Of a DNA stretch of 48,260 bases, positions 47,620 to 48,260 are shown one piece after another (the stretch's first letter is position 1; the number at the start of each line of letters is the position of its first letter). This DNA comes from a bacterium (lineage in GTDB: Bacteria; Oederibacteriota; PGYV01; Palsa-1178): positions 1 to 48,260 of the forward strand of contig JBAXIL010000009.1 in NCBI GenBank assembly GCA_037138355.1, in the 5' to 3' direction. Made by a program: the position numbers and the translations under genes. Below the pieces are notes generated by a model, which ran no database searches, was not told the origin of the DNA, and worked only from the letters and a program-made list of their open reading frames with translations.

Positions 47620-47775
47620 TGTCATTGCGAGGAGGCGTTTTAGTCTTATGCCGACGAAGCCTATAGTCCATGGAACATGGAAATCTAAGTACCACCGAAA
47701 AGTTCTAAAATGCAGACAAAGTCGTCAGGGTCTCAGATTGCTTCGTCGCTGGAGAACTCGCTCCTCGCAATGACA
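47620..47775. mobile_element. miniature palindromic element (MITE/REPIN-like), 156 bp
   Basis: Perfect 15-bp terminal IR TGTCATTGCGAGGAG / CTCCTCGCAATGACA; inner IR CGACGAAGC..AATCT / AGATTGCTTCGTCG. Confidence 0.8.
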
Positions 47776-47818
47776 GGCAAGGCACAAAGACAGTCAAGGG
47801 ACAATGACAGGTAAGTTA
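47768..47818 (+). repeat. 3 x 17-bp degenerate tandem repeat
   Basis: CAATGACAGGCAAGGCA / CAAAGACAGTCAAGGGA / CAATGACAGGTAAGTTA. Confidence 0.75.
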
Positions 47819-47869
47819 AAATGATAGACTTGTTGTATAGTATTAAAGCAAAATAGGGAGGGATGAAAA

Positions 47870-48260
47870 ATGCAAATCGGATTAATAGGTTTGGGGCGTA
47901 TGGGCGCAAACATGGCGCGCAGATTAATCAAAGACAAACATGAAGTTGTAGTTCATAACCGTTCAGTAGAAAAAATAAAAGAACTTGAAAAAGAAGGTGC
48001 TAAAGCAGCCCTCACACTAACCGACCTTGTAAAATCAATAAAAACTCCACGCGTGATATGGCTTATGCTACCTGCTGGAGAAGTGACTGAAAAACAAATA
48101 AGTGAGCTTGTACCGCTGTTAGAAAAAGGCGATATAATAATAGAAGGCGGAAATAGTTTTTATAAGGACGATATAAAACGCTACAATGAATTAAAAACAA
48201 AAGGTATTTCATATATGGACGCAGGCGTATCTGGAGGAATATGGGGATTAAAAAATGGAT
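47870..48260 (+). CDS. gnd: 6-phosphogluconate dehydrogenase, decarboxylating (3' end outside window; absent from ORF track)
   Basis: Manual translation MQIGLIGLGRMGANMARRL...IWLMLPAG...IIEGGNS...DAGVSGGIWG. Confidence 0.92.
   Translation, partial: MQIGLIGLGRMGANMARRLIKDKHEVVVHNRSVEKIKELEKEGAKAALTLTDLVKSIKTPRVIWLMLPAGEVTEKQISELVPLLEKGDIIIEGGNSFYKDDIKRYNELKTKGISYMDAGVSGGIWGLKNG

Noticed and set aside
47768..47818. Mini-CRISPR
   Set aside because: Contiguous 17-bp units without spacers

Overview
AT-rich chromosomal window of a diderm, probably anaerobic bacterium (porin, TonB-dependent receptor, beta-barrels, anaerobe-type O2 detoxification genes). All credible genes, about 50, lie on the + strand. 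Order: xerD (5'-truncated); membrane-anchored thermonuclease plus OB-fold partner; a complete Pho regulon (phoB/P-phoR, putative porin, pstS, pstCAB, phoU, arsC) with three matching Pho boxes; an unannotated 52-aa Cys-rich ORF and a zinc-ribbon gene; glmU-prs-rplY-pth; comEA-comEC; dTDP-rhamnose genes, an epimerase and a GT4; comF, queC, bcp, a GATase; TonB/TBDR/metal ABC importer; two secreted proteins with FlgD-Ig/T9SS-like C-terminal domains (a variant GH9 and a Thr-x-Thr repeat protein); a DUF1646-like transporter; a PerR-type oxidative-stress island (NROR-like, ferritin, perR, fprA, dfx, rbr, 2-oxoacid:ferredoxin oxidoreductase, peroxiredoxin); tkt; a palindromic miniature element; and 3'-truncated gnd. 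The best candidate for an undescribed system is the three-gene exported module at 43703-45497: a superoxide-reductase-like protein whose mature form starts with His, a Met/His heme DOMON lipoprotein, and a beta-barrel. No rRNA, tRNA, CRISPR array, transposase or prophage was seen. All calls come from motif recognition by eye; no database searches were run.
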